DNA of 64,000 bases, from assembly GCA_964567995.1 (NCBI GenBank), contig CAZMOB010000001.1:120591-184590 (forward strand), given 5' to 3'. This document shows, piece by piece, positions 45,595 to 54,313 of the stretch. This DNA is from an uncultured Gammaproteobacteria bacterium (GTDB taxonomy: Bacteria > Patescibacteriota > Patescibacteriia > 2-12-FULL-60-25). Positions within the stretch are counted from its first letter, which is position 1. Each line of letters starts with the position of its first letter. The translations under genes were made by a program, and so were the position numbers. The notes under the pieces were generated by a model, which worked only from the letters and a program-made list of their open reading frames with translations, was not told the DNA's origin and ran no database searches.

Positions 45595-47429
45595 ACCTTT
45601 TTATTGGTCTGTTTGGCGAGATTGATCGCTTCTTCCACCAATGCTTGTACGTAGCTCAAGCCTTGTTCCCAGAATTTCGGATCCTGCAGATTAATTCCAA
45701 AGGGTTTTAAGAATTCAGCCGGTGTTTTGGAGCCACCCGCCGTCAGAAGGTCTTGATATTTCTTTACAAATACCGCGCCCTCTTTTTTATAGAGTGCGAA
45801 AAGCGACAACGTCAGAATTTCCCCGAAGGCGTACGAATAGACGTAAAAAGGCGTGTGAATGAAGTGTCCGATATATTCCCACCAGTAGCCGTAGTCATCG
45901 CGCATGTTTACAGATGTCCCAAACATTTCACGTTGCCGCACGAGCCAACGCTGATTAATCTCTTCGGTCGTGAGCTCGCCCTTTTCCTGGCCGAGCGCAT
46001 GAATATCCTGCTCGAAGCGGTACATCGCGGTTTGTCGGAAGACGGTTGCGAAGATTTCCTCGATCTTTTGCAGATAGAGCGCTAGTTTTTCCTTCGGGTC
46101 GGTGATTTTCTCACGTAATGCGTCAAAGACGAGCATTTCACCGAAGACACTAGCCGTTTCGGCAAAGGTCAGCGGCATGTCGAAGTTCAGATAGGTTTGT
46201 TTTCGCGCTAGACAAGCATGTACCGCATGGCCGAGTTCATGTGCCAATGTAGACACATCCTTTATTCCACCTTTGTAGTTCACGAGGACATACGGGTGCA
46301 GGTCCGTTGTGTTGAACATGCAGAAGGCTCCGCCGCGTTTGCCGGTTCGGACGCCCGTATCGATCCAGTGATTGTCGAAGAACGCGCGCGCTTGATCCGC
46401 AAAGAGAGGGGAGAAGCGATGAAATGCATCCAGTACGATCTGTTTAGCTTGGTCGAAGCTAAATGTCGTCGCGCTTTCTGGGAGAGGCGCGTAGCGGTCG
46501 TAATCATAGAGTTCGGAGAGCTTCAGTAGCTTCTTTTTGAAACTATAATAATTCGCGACCAACGGATAGTAGCGGGTGATGGCCTCGCTCATCGCGTCGA
46601 CCGTTTTTTGATCGGTCTCGTTCGACATGTGCTGAGCCGCTTCTGGTGTGGCGTACTGACGATAGCGATCAAGAGTGCGCTTATGCTGAAGGAGCGTGTT
46701 CGTCATGAACGTCAGGCGATGAGCTTGGTCCTTCAGGCCTTGTGAGAGACTGTCCGCTGACGCTTTGCGTACCTTTCGGTCTGAGCTGTTGATGCCATGC
46801 AGAACATCTTCTTGTGAGACACGAGGCGTTTGGCTCTTGCCCAGAGGTGCTTCGTATTTATAGCGCGACAATTCTTCTTCGTGCAGACGCGTGAAGGCTC
46901 CACTGCTGCTGACGGACAAGTCATTTAAGAGCTGTTCGCGGGCTTCATCCAAGCGATGTGGTTGATACTCACGAATCCGCGAGAGGTAATGGGCGTAGTT
47001 AGCCAGTTCTTTGGTTTTGATTAACTTGTCGAGCGTCGAAGCGGGAATTGTTCCGAGCTCAAGTTCGAAAAATAGAAAGGCGCGAGAAATTTCCAGACTT
47101 TGTACGTCGACCTTTTGCATGAATGCCCCGTTCTCTGGATTTAGGGAATCGGCGGCATGAACGAGTGCAGCGTAAATCTGAGGTTTGGCGTATTCTTCGA
47201 GTAGCCTTTCATAGACCCGAATGAGTTTTTTTAGCTCGGCTGGTTGTTTGGCGAGAGCGGCGATACGGCCTTTGTAGGTCTTTTGGAAGCGTTCAGCCTG
47301 GGCTTTGCACGTTTTCAGCGTTGCTTGGATCTTGGGATCGGTGATGGAAGAAAAAAGATCGGACAGATTCCAGGCGGGAAGAGCCTTGGGGGCAGCCTTC
47401 TTGGAAGAGGGGAGAGTATTGATAGGCAT
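45591..47429 (-). CDS. pepF: Oligoendopeptidase F (M3B family)
   Basis: 612 aa with LAHELGHAVH (HExxH) in typical M3B sequence context. Confidence 0.9.
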   Translation of the reverse strand: MPINTLPSSKKAAPKALPAWNLSDLFSSITDPKIQATLKTCKAQAERFQKTYKGRIAALAKQPAELKKLIRVYERLLEEYAKPQIYAALVHAADSLNPENGAFMQKVDVQSLEISRAFLFFELELGTIPASTLDKLIKTKELANYAHYLSRIREYQPHRLDEAREQLLNDLSVSSSGAFTRLHEEELSRYKYEAPLGKSQTPRVSQEDVLHGINSSDRKVRKASADSLSQGLKDQAHRLTFMTNTLLQHKRTLDRYRQYATPEAAQHMSNETDQKTVDAMSEAITRYYPLVANYYSFKKKLLKLSELYDYDRYAPLPESATTFSFDQAKQIVLDAFHRFSPLFADQARAFFDNHWIDTGVRTGKRGGAFCMFNTTDLHPYVLVNYKGGIKDVSTLAHELGHAVHACLARKQTYLNFDMPLTFAETASVFGEMLVFDALREKITDPKEKLALYLQKIEEIFATVFRQTAMYRFEQDIHALGQEKGELTTEEINQRWLVRQREMFGTSVNMRDDYGYWWEYIGHFIHTPFYVYSYAFGEILTLSLFALYKKEGAVFVKKYQDLLTAGGSKTPAEFLKPFGINLQDPKFWEQGLSYVQALVEEAINLAKQTNKKV

Positions 47430-47449
47430 AGATGGACAGAGTGTAGAAG

Positions 47450-47998
47450 ATGGACAGAAATAGTGCTACTGTCCTGAACATGCCTTGGATTTACACTACA
47501 AAACGGCAGTGGGACGCGCTCTTTTTGATCCTTCTGATTGCCTTGGCGATCTATCTGTGGCCGGTCTGGATTCTGTTGGGAGTGTACCTCCTTGGCCGCT
47601 ATCTGCATCGCTTATTTCTGCGACGGACCCTTTTAAAAGAAGTGCGACGAGTCTGGACGGAGAAGGGTATACGTATTTTATTCTTCACATCGAACAATAA
47701 ACGGTGGTCGGCGTATTTTGAGACGGAGTTGTTGCCAAAGATCGCTTCCAAAACCCAGGTCGTGAATTGGTCAACGCGTATGCAAGATGGGTGGGATGAA
47801 GCTCAGCTTGAAGCTCGGATCGTGCGACTCTGCACTCCCTGGTACTCGGCTCAGCAAGCGATTGCTCCGGCGGCGTTTGTGTTGTTGCCGTCTGGCCAAA
47901 TGAAAACAGTTCAATTAAAGGATGCGTTTACTGATTACTTGAAATCGAGTAAGTCACGGTACAAGGAGCTGGAACAAGAGCTCTTGGCGTTGATTTAG
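47450..47998 (+). CDS. Hypothetical membrane protein
   Basis: 182-aa ORF with an N-terminal TM hairpin (ALFLILLIALAIYLWPVWILLGVYLL). No recognised family. Confidence 0.5.
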   Translation: MDRNSATVLNMPWIYTTKRQWDALFLILLIALAIYLWPVWILLGVYLLGRYLHRLFLRRTLLKEVRRVWTEKGIRILFFTSNNKRWSAYFETELLPKIASKTQVVNWSTRMQDGWDEAQLEARIVRLCTPWYSAQQAIAPAAFVLLPSGQMKTVQLKDAFTDYLKSSKSRYKELEQELLALI

Positions 47999-48056
47999 TC
48001 TCTAAAACGCGCGACGCCCACCGAGCGGAGGGGCCGCGACGATGGGCGAGAGTTGG

Positions 48057-48431
48057 TTACCTCTTCTTAGGCCTGGGCGAAGCGCCGTACTCATTGAGCC
48101 GAGTTCTTGCCTGTTCGATCCATCGCACCCGGTCATCACGGGTATCGATGATTTCGTAGAACAGGCCGGCGATCCCACGAACGGGAGAATCGGGTGGAAG
48201 AATCCGTAGATCAGTGTTCTCCGAGACGATGCTCGACATAGCGTTGCGTGCATCCTCCTCGATGAGCTTCAGCTCGCCATCAGTCAGCGTAGTGAGCGGA
48301 GGTGTGGCGACCTTCGGCTGTCTTGCGACCACATCTTCTCCACCCGTCTGGTCACCCTCCACCAGGACCCCCGCGTGAATACTCCCTTGAGGCTGTGCTC
48401 TTCTGTTCCGTCTATGCGACTTCGCCATCAT
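48057..48431 (-). CDS. Hypothetical protein; GC-rich
   Basis: 124-aa ORF. AAGGAAGGA lies 6-7 nt upstream of the ATG. TTGACA (48482-48477 on the minus strand) lies about 45 nt upstream. Confidence 0.5.
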   Translation of the reverse strand: MMAKSHRRNRRAQPQGSIHAGVLVEGDQTGGEDVVARQPKVATPPLTTLTDGELKLIEEDARNAMSSIVSENTDLRILPPDSPVRGIAGLFYEIIDTRDDRVRWIEQARTRLNEYGASPRPKKR

Positions 48432-48548
48432 GCACCATCCTTCCTTGTGTGCAGACTAAGGCGAATTGCTGGTAAATGTCAATACAGTGAAGGTTTCAGG
48501 CATGAAGGAAGAGAGTCTAACAAAATTGGTGTCTCTCTAAAATTAGCT

Positions 48549-48597
48549 GTACCCGGCTATCGTTCTCGCGTGCTTCGCGAATACGATGGCCGGGTAC
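48549..48597 (-). terminator. Long near-perfect hairpin between the two GC-rich ORFs
   Basis: GTACCCGGC-T-ATCGT-TC-TCGCG-TGCTT-CGCGA-AT-ACGAT-G-GCCGGGTAC. On the minus strand an AATTTTAG stretch follows. Confidence 0.55.
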
Positions 48598-48625
48598 TTC
48601 TCCGACCGGCGAGCGCGCCTGGTCG

Positions 48626-49087
48626 TCACCTCCTCATCTTGTGAAGCAGAAACTTGGCCCTGTTGATCCAGCCTGCACGCTGCCAATCCCGCGGTCCCTC
48701 CTTCGACAGCCTCTTCACTTCCTCCCGCTCGCTCTCCGTGAGGTCCGTCTCGAACTTGAAGTCGCCGACCTGGCTCCACAGCAGGTCCTGGAGGTCGAGC
48801 ACCTCCTGGTCCGTCGGAGTTGTCATGGCGATCGGCTGCTGAGCAGTCTGTTGAGCAGTCTGCTGTCGCGCCGCCTCGAGCTGCGCTTCGCGCCGCTCCT
48901 CCTTCGCCTTACGCTCCGCCGGGGTACCTTTCCTGCGCTGCTTGCAGTACTGCACCCAGGCATGATTGGCGCTCGGCCGGCCACGTCGATCGTTGGGGAT
49001 CGACTCCCTCTGAATCCGCCCATCTCCGTCGCGCGGGAGGCTGTCTTTCTCCGCGCGCTTCTGTTTCCACTGAGTCGCTGTTTGCAC
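48626..49087 (-). CDS. Hypothetical basic/acidic bipartite protein; GC-rich
   Basis: Frame of ORF 48626-49123. The preferred start is GTG 49087 because GGAGG lies 7 nt upstream; the alternative is GTG 49123. An Arg/Lys-rich N-terminal half and an acidic C-terminal half. Contains a TAQQTAQQ repeat (tandem 12-nt repeat near 48837-48865). Confidence 0.5.
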   Translation of the reverse strand: MQTATQWKQKRAEKDSLPRDGDGRIQRESIPNDRRGRPSANHAWVQYCKQRRKGTPAERKAKEERREAQLEAARQQTAQQTAQQPIAMTTPTDQEVLDLQDLLWSQVGDFKFETDLTESEREEVKRLSKEGPRDWQRAGWINRAKFLLHKMRR

Positions 49088-49144
49088 GTGCAAACCTCCT
49101 CGCGCGGCAGGATACACATCCACTTTAGAAAAAGCAATATTACC

Positions 49145-50911
49145 TTATTTTTTGTCTTCTATCCGTTCGAGTTCTTCTTGGATTCGGATCCACTCATGTT
49201 CGGTATGGGCGAGGATTGTTTCAATCTGGTGGAGCTCCTTTTGGCGTTCAATGGAGTACGTCGTTGGTTCGGCTAGGTAGGTTTCTAGCAACCTTTGACG
49301 TTTTTTGCCATAGTCTTCCATCTGTTTTTCAACGGTCTTAAGGAGCCGTTTCAATTCCTGTATGCGTTCGTGTCGTTCACGTTTTTCTTGTTTACGGGCC
49401 TCTTCTGCAAAATCGGAATCATCCAATGGGACCATTTCGTGACGGACATCCGCTACATATTCGTCGTAGGTGCGGCGATCCAAGCCGGCTCGACCGTTAC
49501 GAACTTCAAGTAGGCGAGTGGCTAAGGTTTTCACGAAGGTGCGTGAGTGGCTTACAAAAAGCACGGTGCCTTTCCAGCGCGTTAATGCCTCAGCCAGCGC
49601 TTCCGTCGTTTCCATGTCCAAATGGTTGGTCGGTTCGTCAAGTAATAAAATATCAGGACGGCCAAGGAGGAGTCCAGCCAAGCAGAGGCGTGAGCGTTCA
49701 CCGCCACTCAACACGCCAATAGGTTTTTCTAGATCGTCTTCACGAAACAAGAAATCGCTCGCGAGTTGCAGCAAGTCTTGACGGACGACGGCTTGGTCAG
49801 AGGCGAGCTCCAAATGACGCATGACGGTTAGACTCGGATCGAGCGATTCGGTGACGTGCTGTGCGTAGACAGCGGCTTTCAAGCGATTAGCGAGCGTGAA
49901 GGTTCCATCAAGTGGCAGAATTTGTTCCGAGAGAGTTTTGAGCAGGGTTGATTTACCTTGGCCGTTTTCTCCTACAATTGCAATTCGTTCGCCGCGTTGG
50001 ACTTCGAAGCTGATATGCGAGGCGATCGTTCGGTCGCCGTAGCCGATGGCGAGTTCGTGCGTACGTAAGGCAAAGGTTTTGCGGAATTCGACTTGAGGGA
50101 TGCGTAAACGGATGGTTGGGAGTGGAGGATCGATGTCGACGGTCGTCAGCTTTTTTAAGAGCTTCATCTTGGACTGGGCTTGGGTCGCTTTCGACGCCTT
50201 CGCACGGAAGCGCGTAATGAATTCTTCCAAATGTGCACGCTGTTCTTCAATGTTTTTATTGAACCGTTCACGCATCAAGTCTCGTTCTTCTTTATACCGT
50301 TGATAGGTATCGACATCACCCGGAAAGGTGGTCGCTTTGCCACGTTCGAGTTCAATGGTGCGATCACAGACGTTTTTCAAAAAGGTACGGTCGTGCGAAA
50401 TGATCAAACAGGCATGACGAAACTCGTTCAACCAAGCCTCGAGCAGAAACTGAGTTTGAAGATCGAGATGGTTCGTCGGTTCGTCGAGAAGGAGCAACGC
50501 TGGATCTTGCAGTGCGAGCAGAGTTAATAGAATGCGCATTCGATAGCCACCAGACAAATCGTTACAAGGGCGTGCCAAATGGTCTTTTTTCAAACCAAAC
50601 CGCGCCCCTTCTTTGGCGCAGGACCAGGCTGGTTTTCCACTTTTTTCTTCCAGGTACTCCGCGACACTTACTCCGTCCGGAAATTCGGCATGCTGTTCTA
50701 GGTAGCCAATCGTGCAGCCATCAAAGGCTAAGACTTCCCCTTGATCAGCCGTTTCCTTGCCGGCTATGATGCGCATGAGCGTTGATTTTCCGGCTCCATT
50801 ACGACCAATCAAACTGATTTTTTGTCCATCGGCAATCGTAAGCGCGACTCCATCGAGCACGTGTTGGAGGCCATAGGACTTGGTCAGGTCTTGAATCTGG
50901 AGCAAGGTCAT
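49145..50911 (-). CDS. ABC-F family ATPase (translation-associated, Uup/EttA-like)
   Basis: Two ABC cassettes (GRNGAGKST..LSGGYRMR..LLLDEPTNHLD; GENGQGKST..LSGGERSR..LLLDEPTNHLD), no TM domains, and a C-terminal coiled coil. Confidence 0.9.
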   Translation of the reverse strand: MTLLQIQDLTKSYGLQHVLDGVALTIADGQKISLIGRNGAGKSTLMRIIAGKETADQGEVLAFDGCTIGYLEQHAEFPDGVSVAEYLEEKSGKPAWSCAKEGARFGLKKDHLARPCNDLSGGYRMRILLTLLALQDPALLLLDEPTNHLDLQTQFLLEAWLNEFRHACLIISHDRTFLKNVCDRTIELERGKATTFPGDVDTYQRYKEERDLMRERFNKNIEEQRAHLEEFITRFRAKASKATQAQSKMKLLKKLTTVDIDPPLPTIRLRIPQVEFRKTFALRTHELAIGYGDRTIASHISFEVQRGERIAIVGENGQGKSTLLKTLSEQILPLDGTFTLANRLKAAVYAQHVTESLDPSLTVMRHLELASDQAVVRQDLLQLASDFLFREDDLEKPIGVLSGGERSRLCLAGLLLGRPDILLLDEPTNHLDMETTEALAEALTRWKGTVLFVSHSRTFVKTLATRLLEVRNGRAGLDRRTYDEYVADVRHEMVPLDDSDFAEEARKQEKRERHERIQELKRLLKTVEKQMEDYGKKRQRLLETYLAEPTTYSIERQKELHQIETILAHTEHEWIRIQEELERIEDKK

Positions 50912-50955
50912 GATTGACCAAGAGTCTGCCTTATTTACCTATCTATTACCAGCGT

Positions 50956-51390
50956 ATGTCCGAAGCATCCATCGACAAGTTGTTTGTCGCGACGAAAGCG
51001 TTTATTGAACGGGATGGAAAAGTGCTCGTTGTTCGAGAGTCAGTCAACTACCAGGATGGAACGAATGCCGGGAAGTTTGATGTCCCAGGTGGTCGTTTAA
51101 GCGCGGGTGAGCATTTTGACGAGGCGCTGCGTCGTGAAGTAAAGGAGGAAACAGGGTTAACGGCAACAGTCCACGAGCCGATCTATGTTGGTGAATGGCG
51201 ACCGACCGTGCGTGGTGAGAACTGGCAGATCGTGGGTATTTTCTTCCGCGTGAGCTGTGATGCGTCCGATGTCTTACTGAGTGATGATCACATGGAATTC
51301 CTCTGGATCGATCCAAAAGACTACAAGAATCACCCAATCATTGAGAATCTGGCTCGTGCATTTGAAGCGTATCTAGCAGCGAGGAGTTGA
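50956..51390 (+). CDS. NUDIX hydrolase
   Basis: Start moved to ATG 50956. Nudix box GGRLSAGEHFDEALRREVKEETGL. Confidence 0.8.
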   Translation: MSEASIDKLFVATKAFIERDGKVLVVRESVNYQDGTNAGKFDVPGGRLSAGEHFDEALRREVKEETGLTATVHEPIYVGEWRPTVRGENWQIVGIFFRVSCDASDVLLSDDHMEFLWIDPKDYKNHPIIENLARAFEAYLAARS

Positions 51391-51816
51391 GGAGCGGGGT
51401 TTGATAGAGCCAGCTGCAATCATGACCGCCTCTTTTTGGACAGTGCGAGGGATGGATCGTTCAAGAAATACATCATCTTTCTTTTCTTTCGCGACAATGC
51501 AGAACGTGACGGTGATGGTTTCGTTTTCAACTTGGACGCCAGTGACGAGTACCCCTTTCATATCATAAAGATCCCATTCGCCCGCGTGCGCATCAATATA
51601 GCCGCGCATGAAGGCGAGTTCTGGTTCGGTGAGTTGTTCGAGTCTCTCTCGTACTGGTGGGGGAAACCCACTTCTTGTTAAAAACTTGGCGGCAAAGGCG
51701 GTTCGTTTTTCCTGTTTTTCGAGGGCATGTCGTGCTCTTTCTTGCGCAGCTTCTTCTTGTTCCAATGAAGCGGGCTTTTTTGGAAGGGGAGGATCAGGGT
51801 TGAATTTCTCAGCCAT
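51373..51816 (-). CDS. Hypothetical protein
   Basis: 147-aa ORF with no recognised motif. Confidence 0.45.
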   Translation of the reverse strand: MAEKFNPDPPLPKKPASLEQEEAAQERARHALEKQEKRTAFAAKFLTRSGFPPPVRERLEQLTEPELAFMRGYIDAHAGEWDLYDMKGVLVTGVQVENETITVTFCIVAKEKKDDVFLERSIPRTVQKEAVMIAAGSIKPRSSTPRC

Positions 51817-51886
51817 AGCCCTTTCAGTATAGAGACTGGATCACTCTACAAGCAAACGAACGCCGGCGCGTTCGTTTGGTGTGTGC

Positions 51887-52393
51887 TTATGGCTGTTGTG
51901 GAACAGCTTGTCCGGCTGGTGGTTGCCCCGGTTGTCCGCCCGTCCGTCGCAGGATCATGGCATCGCCTCCAGCTGGTCTGATTTGGATAGTGGAAGCGGT
52001 AATACTCCCATCGGAGTTGGTTGTTCCGGAGACCATTACGTTTGTTCCGTTCGTGAGATCGCTCATGGTCCCATCGGTCATTTTTCCGACGCGCGTCGAG
52101 GATGAGGTTAGGACAATTTTCGAGCCACCGTCCATCAGTTTGAGTGTGAGACTGGAATCATCTTTGCTCACGATTTCACCATTTGAGAAGCCTCCGTTCC
52201 CGGCGCCAGCACCCGCCAATCGTCCAGCTCCGCCCGCCGCCCCTGCTCCGCGGAATGTGCCAGCTGCATTCGCCCCCCGAACACCTGCCTGATTCGGCGT
52301 TTGTTGTTTTCCATAGACCATTCCACCGTAAAACCCAACACCACCAGCGGCCAACACGCACACGAGTAAGGAAAGAATGAATTTATTATTCAT
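51887..52393 (-). CDS. Secreted Gly-rich protein with DUF5666-like beta domain
   Basis: Start moved to ATG 52393 (MNNKFILSLLVCVLAAGGVGFYGG). A Gly/Ala-rich linker, then ..LTLKLMDGGSKIVLTSSSTRVGKMTDGTMSDLTNGTNVMVSGTTNSDGSITASTIQIRP. Confidence 0.55.
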   Translation of the reverse strand: MNNKFILSLLVCVLAAGGVGFYGGMVYGKQQTPNQAGVRGANAAGTFRGAGAAGGAGRLAGAGAGNGGFSNGEIVSKDDSSLTLKLMDGGSKIVLTSSSTRVGKMTDGTMSDLTNGTNVMVSGTTNSDGSITASTIQIRPAGGDAMILRRTGGQPGQPPAGQAVPQQP

Positions 52394-53606
52394 AACGTAA
52401 AGCTTCAATAGGATTAAGTTTCGCGGCGCGTTGCGCAGGATAGAACCCGAACACCAACCCGATTCCAACCGACACGCTCACGGCCAGCGCGACTGAGGTC
52501 CAAGAGACGACGGTTGGCATCTGCATGAGCGAGCTCAGGATCTTGGAGATCCCGTAGCCCAACAAGATGCCGAGCGAGCCGCCCATGAGCGTGAGCAGAA
52601 TCGCTTCGCCAAGGAACTGGCCGACAATCTCCGTTTTCTCGGCCCCGATGGCCTGACGCAAGCCGATTTCGCGCGTGCGTTCGGTGACGGTAGTGAGCAT
52701 CATGTTCATGATGCCAATGCCACCGACCAATAAAGAAATACCAGCGATCGAGGCGAGTAAGGCGGTGAAGGTATCGGTAATGCTCGAGGCTGCACTCACA
52801 AGATCTGATTGGTTCAAGATGCTGAAGTCGGCACGATCAGGCGTTGGGATTTTATGACGATCAAGTAAGACATTCGTGACGGCTTCTTGGGCCAGCGTCA
52901 TCGAAGCTGCGTCTCTCGCTTGAACGCTAATGGTGCTGACTGTGTCACTACCGGTCAGAAAAGCATTCATCGTCGTGACGGGGATGAAGACTGTATCATC
53001 CTGGTTCGAGAAGCCGGAGCCACCTTTTGCCGCCGTCACACCGACAACGGTGAAATCTAGACCATTGATGCGGATCCGTTCACCGATAGGCTGCGCACCT
53101 TCTCCGAACAGGTCGGTTCGAGTTGTGGGACCAAGAACAGCCACCTTGGATTTAGAGGCAACTTGCGCGTCTGTAAAAAACGCACCTGCTTCCAAGCCGA
53201 CATTTCGGACGCCCAAGTACGCGGGCATGGATCCCAACACGGAGGTATTCGTGTTTTTGCCACGAGCAGTTACTTGGTAGCGTCGAGACGACTCTGGGGA
53301 GACGGCAAGAACGCCTTCGGCTTCGCGCAAAGCGATCGCGTCGTCTAGTGTAAGCGTTTGCGCTGATCCACGACCTGCGCTGACCGTGACTCCGGCTCCG
53401 CGTTGCGCTCCCGGCATGACCATGAGCAAGTTCGAACCGATCGATTGAATGTTCGATTCGATCTGCGCTTTGGCTCCTTGTCCAATCGACAACATGGCGA
53501 TGACGGAGGCGATGCCAATAACGATGCCGAGCATGGTTAACCCTGAGCGAACTTTGTTCGAGGACACGCCAAGATAGATTTCCGCGACTTGATCGGTGGG
53601 TCTCAT
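52386..53606 (-). CDS. ABC transporter permease, MacB/FtsX type
   Basis: An N-terminal TM helix, a large periplasmic MacB_PCD-like domain, and a C-terminal FtsX 3-TM domain (..GGIGIMNMMLTTVTERTREIGLRQAIGA..). Confidence 0.88.
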   Translation of the reverse strand: MRPTDQVAEIYLGVSSNKVRSGLTMLGIVIGIASVIAMLSIGQGAKAQIESNIQSIGSNLLMVMPGAQRGAGVTVSAGRGSAQTLTLDDAIALREAEGVLAVSPESSRRYQVTARGKNTNTSVLGSMPAYLGVRNVGLEAGAFFTDAQVASKSKVAVLGPTTRTDLFGEGAQPIGERIRINGLDFTVVGVTAAKGGSGFSNQDDTVFIPVTTMNAFLTGSDTVSTISVQARDAASMTLAQEAVTNVLLDRHKIPTPDRADFSILNQSDLVSAASSITDTFTALLASIAGISLLVGGIGIMNMMLTTVTERTREIGLRQAIGAEKTEIVGQFLGEAILLTLMGGSLGILLGYGISKILSSLMQMPTVVSWTSVALAVSVSVGIGLVFGFYPAQRAAKLNPIEALRYE

Positions 53607-54310
53607 ACGTGTTGGGTTTGCTGTCGTACATGGGCATTCTTCCGATCTTCGACGAGCTCTCCATCACGAATCACCAGGATTCGTTCCGCGTGTTCTGCGA
53701 CATACGGTTCATGCGTGATGAGGACGATCGTTCGGCCTTGTCTGTGTAATTTCTGAAATGTTCCAAGAACCAGGTCACCCGTTTTCGAATCTAAGTTCCC
53801 GGTTGGTTCGTCAGCCAGAATGATCGCTGGGTCGTTAACGAGCGCACGAGCGATGGCGACGCGCTGCATCTGTCCGCCGGAGAGTTGGTTTGAGAGGTTC
53901 AGATGTTTGTCTTCGGCGAGGCCGGCATCAACCAAGGCGCGAGCTGCTCGTTCGGCGCGTTCCTCTGGTGGGAGTTTGGCGTAGACCAAAGGGAGAGCGA
54001 CATTGCGGAGAGCGGTGGTACGAGGGAGGAGATGGAAGGCTTGGAACACGAAACCGATTTTTGTTTTGCGAATCCGTGCTAATTCATCGGCTGGCAATGA
54101 AGAGACGTCGACACCATCGAGCAGGTAAGAGCCGGATGTCGGGGTATCAAGCGCGCCGATGATATGCATCAGGGTCGATTTTCCCGAGCCAGAGGGGCCC
54201 ATGATGGCAACGAATTCGCCCTTCGCGATCGAGAAGGAAACGCTTTTCAAGACGCGCGTGGTTTCTTTGCCGGTGACATATTCTTTTACAAGGTCGTGTG
54301 CGTCGATCAT
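53603..54310 (-). CDS. ABC transporter ATP-binding protein (MacB/LolD type)
   Basis: [35 protein letters not shown]. Overlaps the permease gene by 4 nt. Confidence 0.92.
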   Translation of the reverse strand: MIDAHDLVKEYVTGKETTRVLKSVSFSIAKGEFVAIMGPSGSGKSTLMHIIGALDTPTSGSYLLDGVDVSSLPADELARIRKTKIGFVFQAFHLLPRTTALRNVALPLVYAKLPPEERAERAARALVDAGLAEDKHLNLSNQLSGGQMQRVAIARALVNDPAIILADEPTGNLDSKTGDLVLGTFQKLHRQGRTIVLITHEPYVAEHAERILVIRDGELVEDRKNAHVRQQTQHV

Positions 54311-54313
54311 AGA

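Noticed and set aside
49080-49095. A perfect 16-bp palindrome, GTTTGCACGTGCAAAC, overlaps the SD and start of the GC-rich ORF. I considered it as an operator.
   Set aside because: About one perfect 16-bp palindrome is expected by chance in a 64-kb window. It is kept only as a side note, not as a feature.
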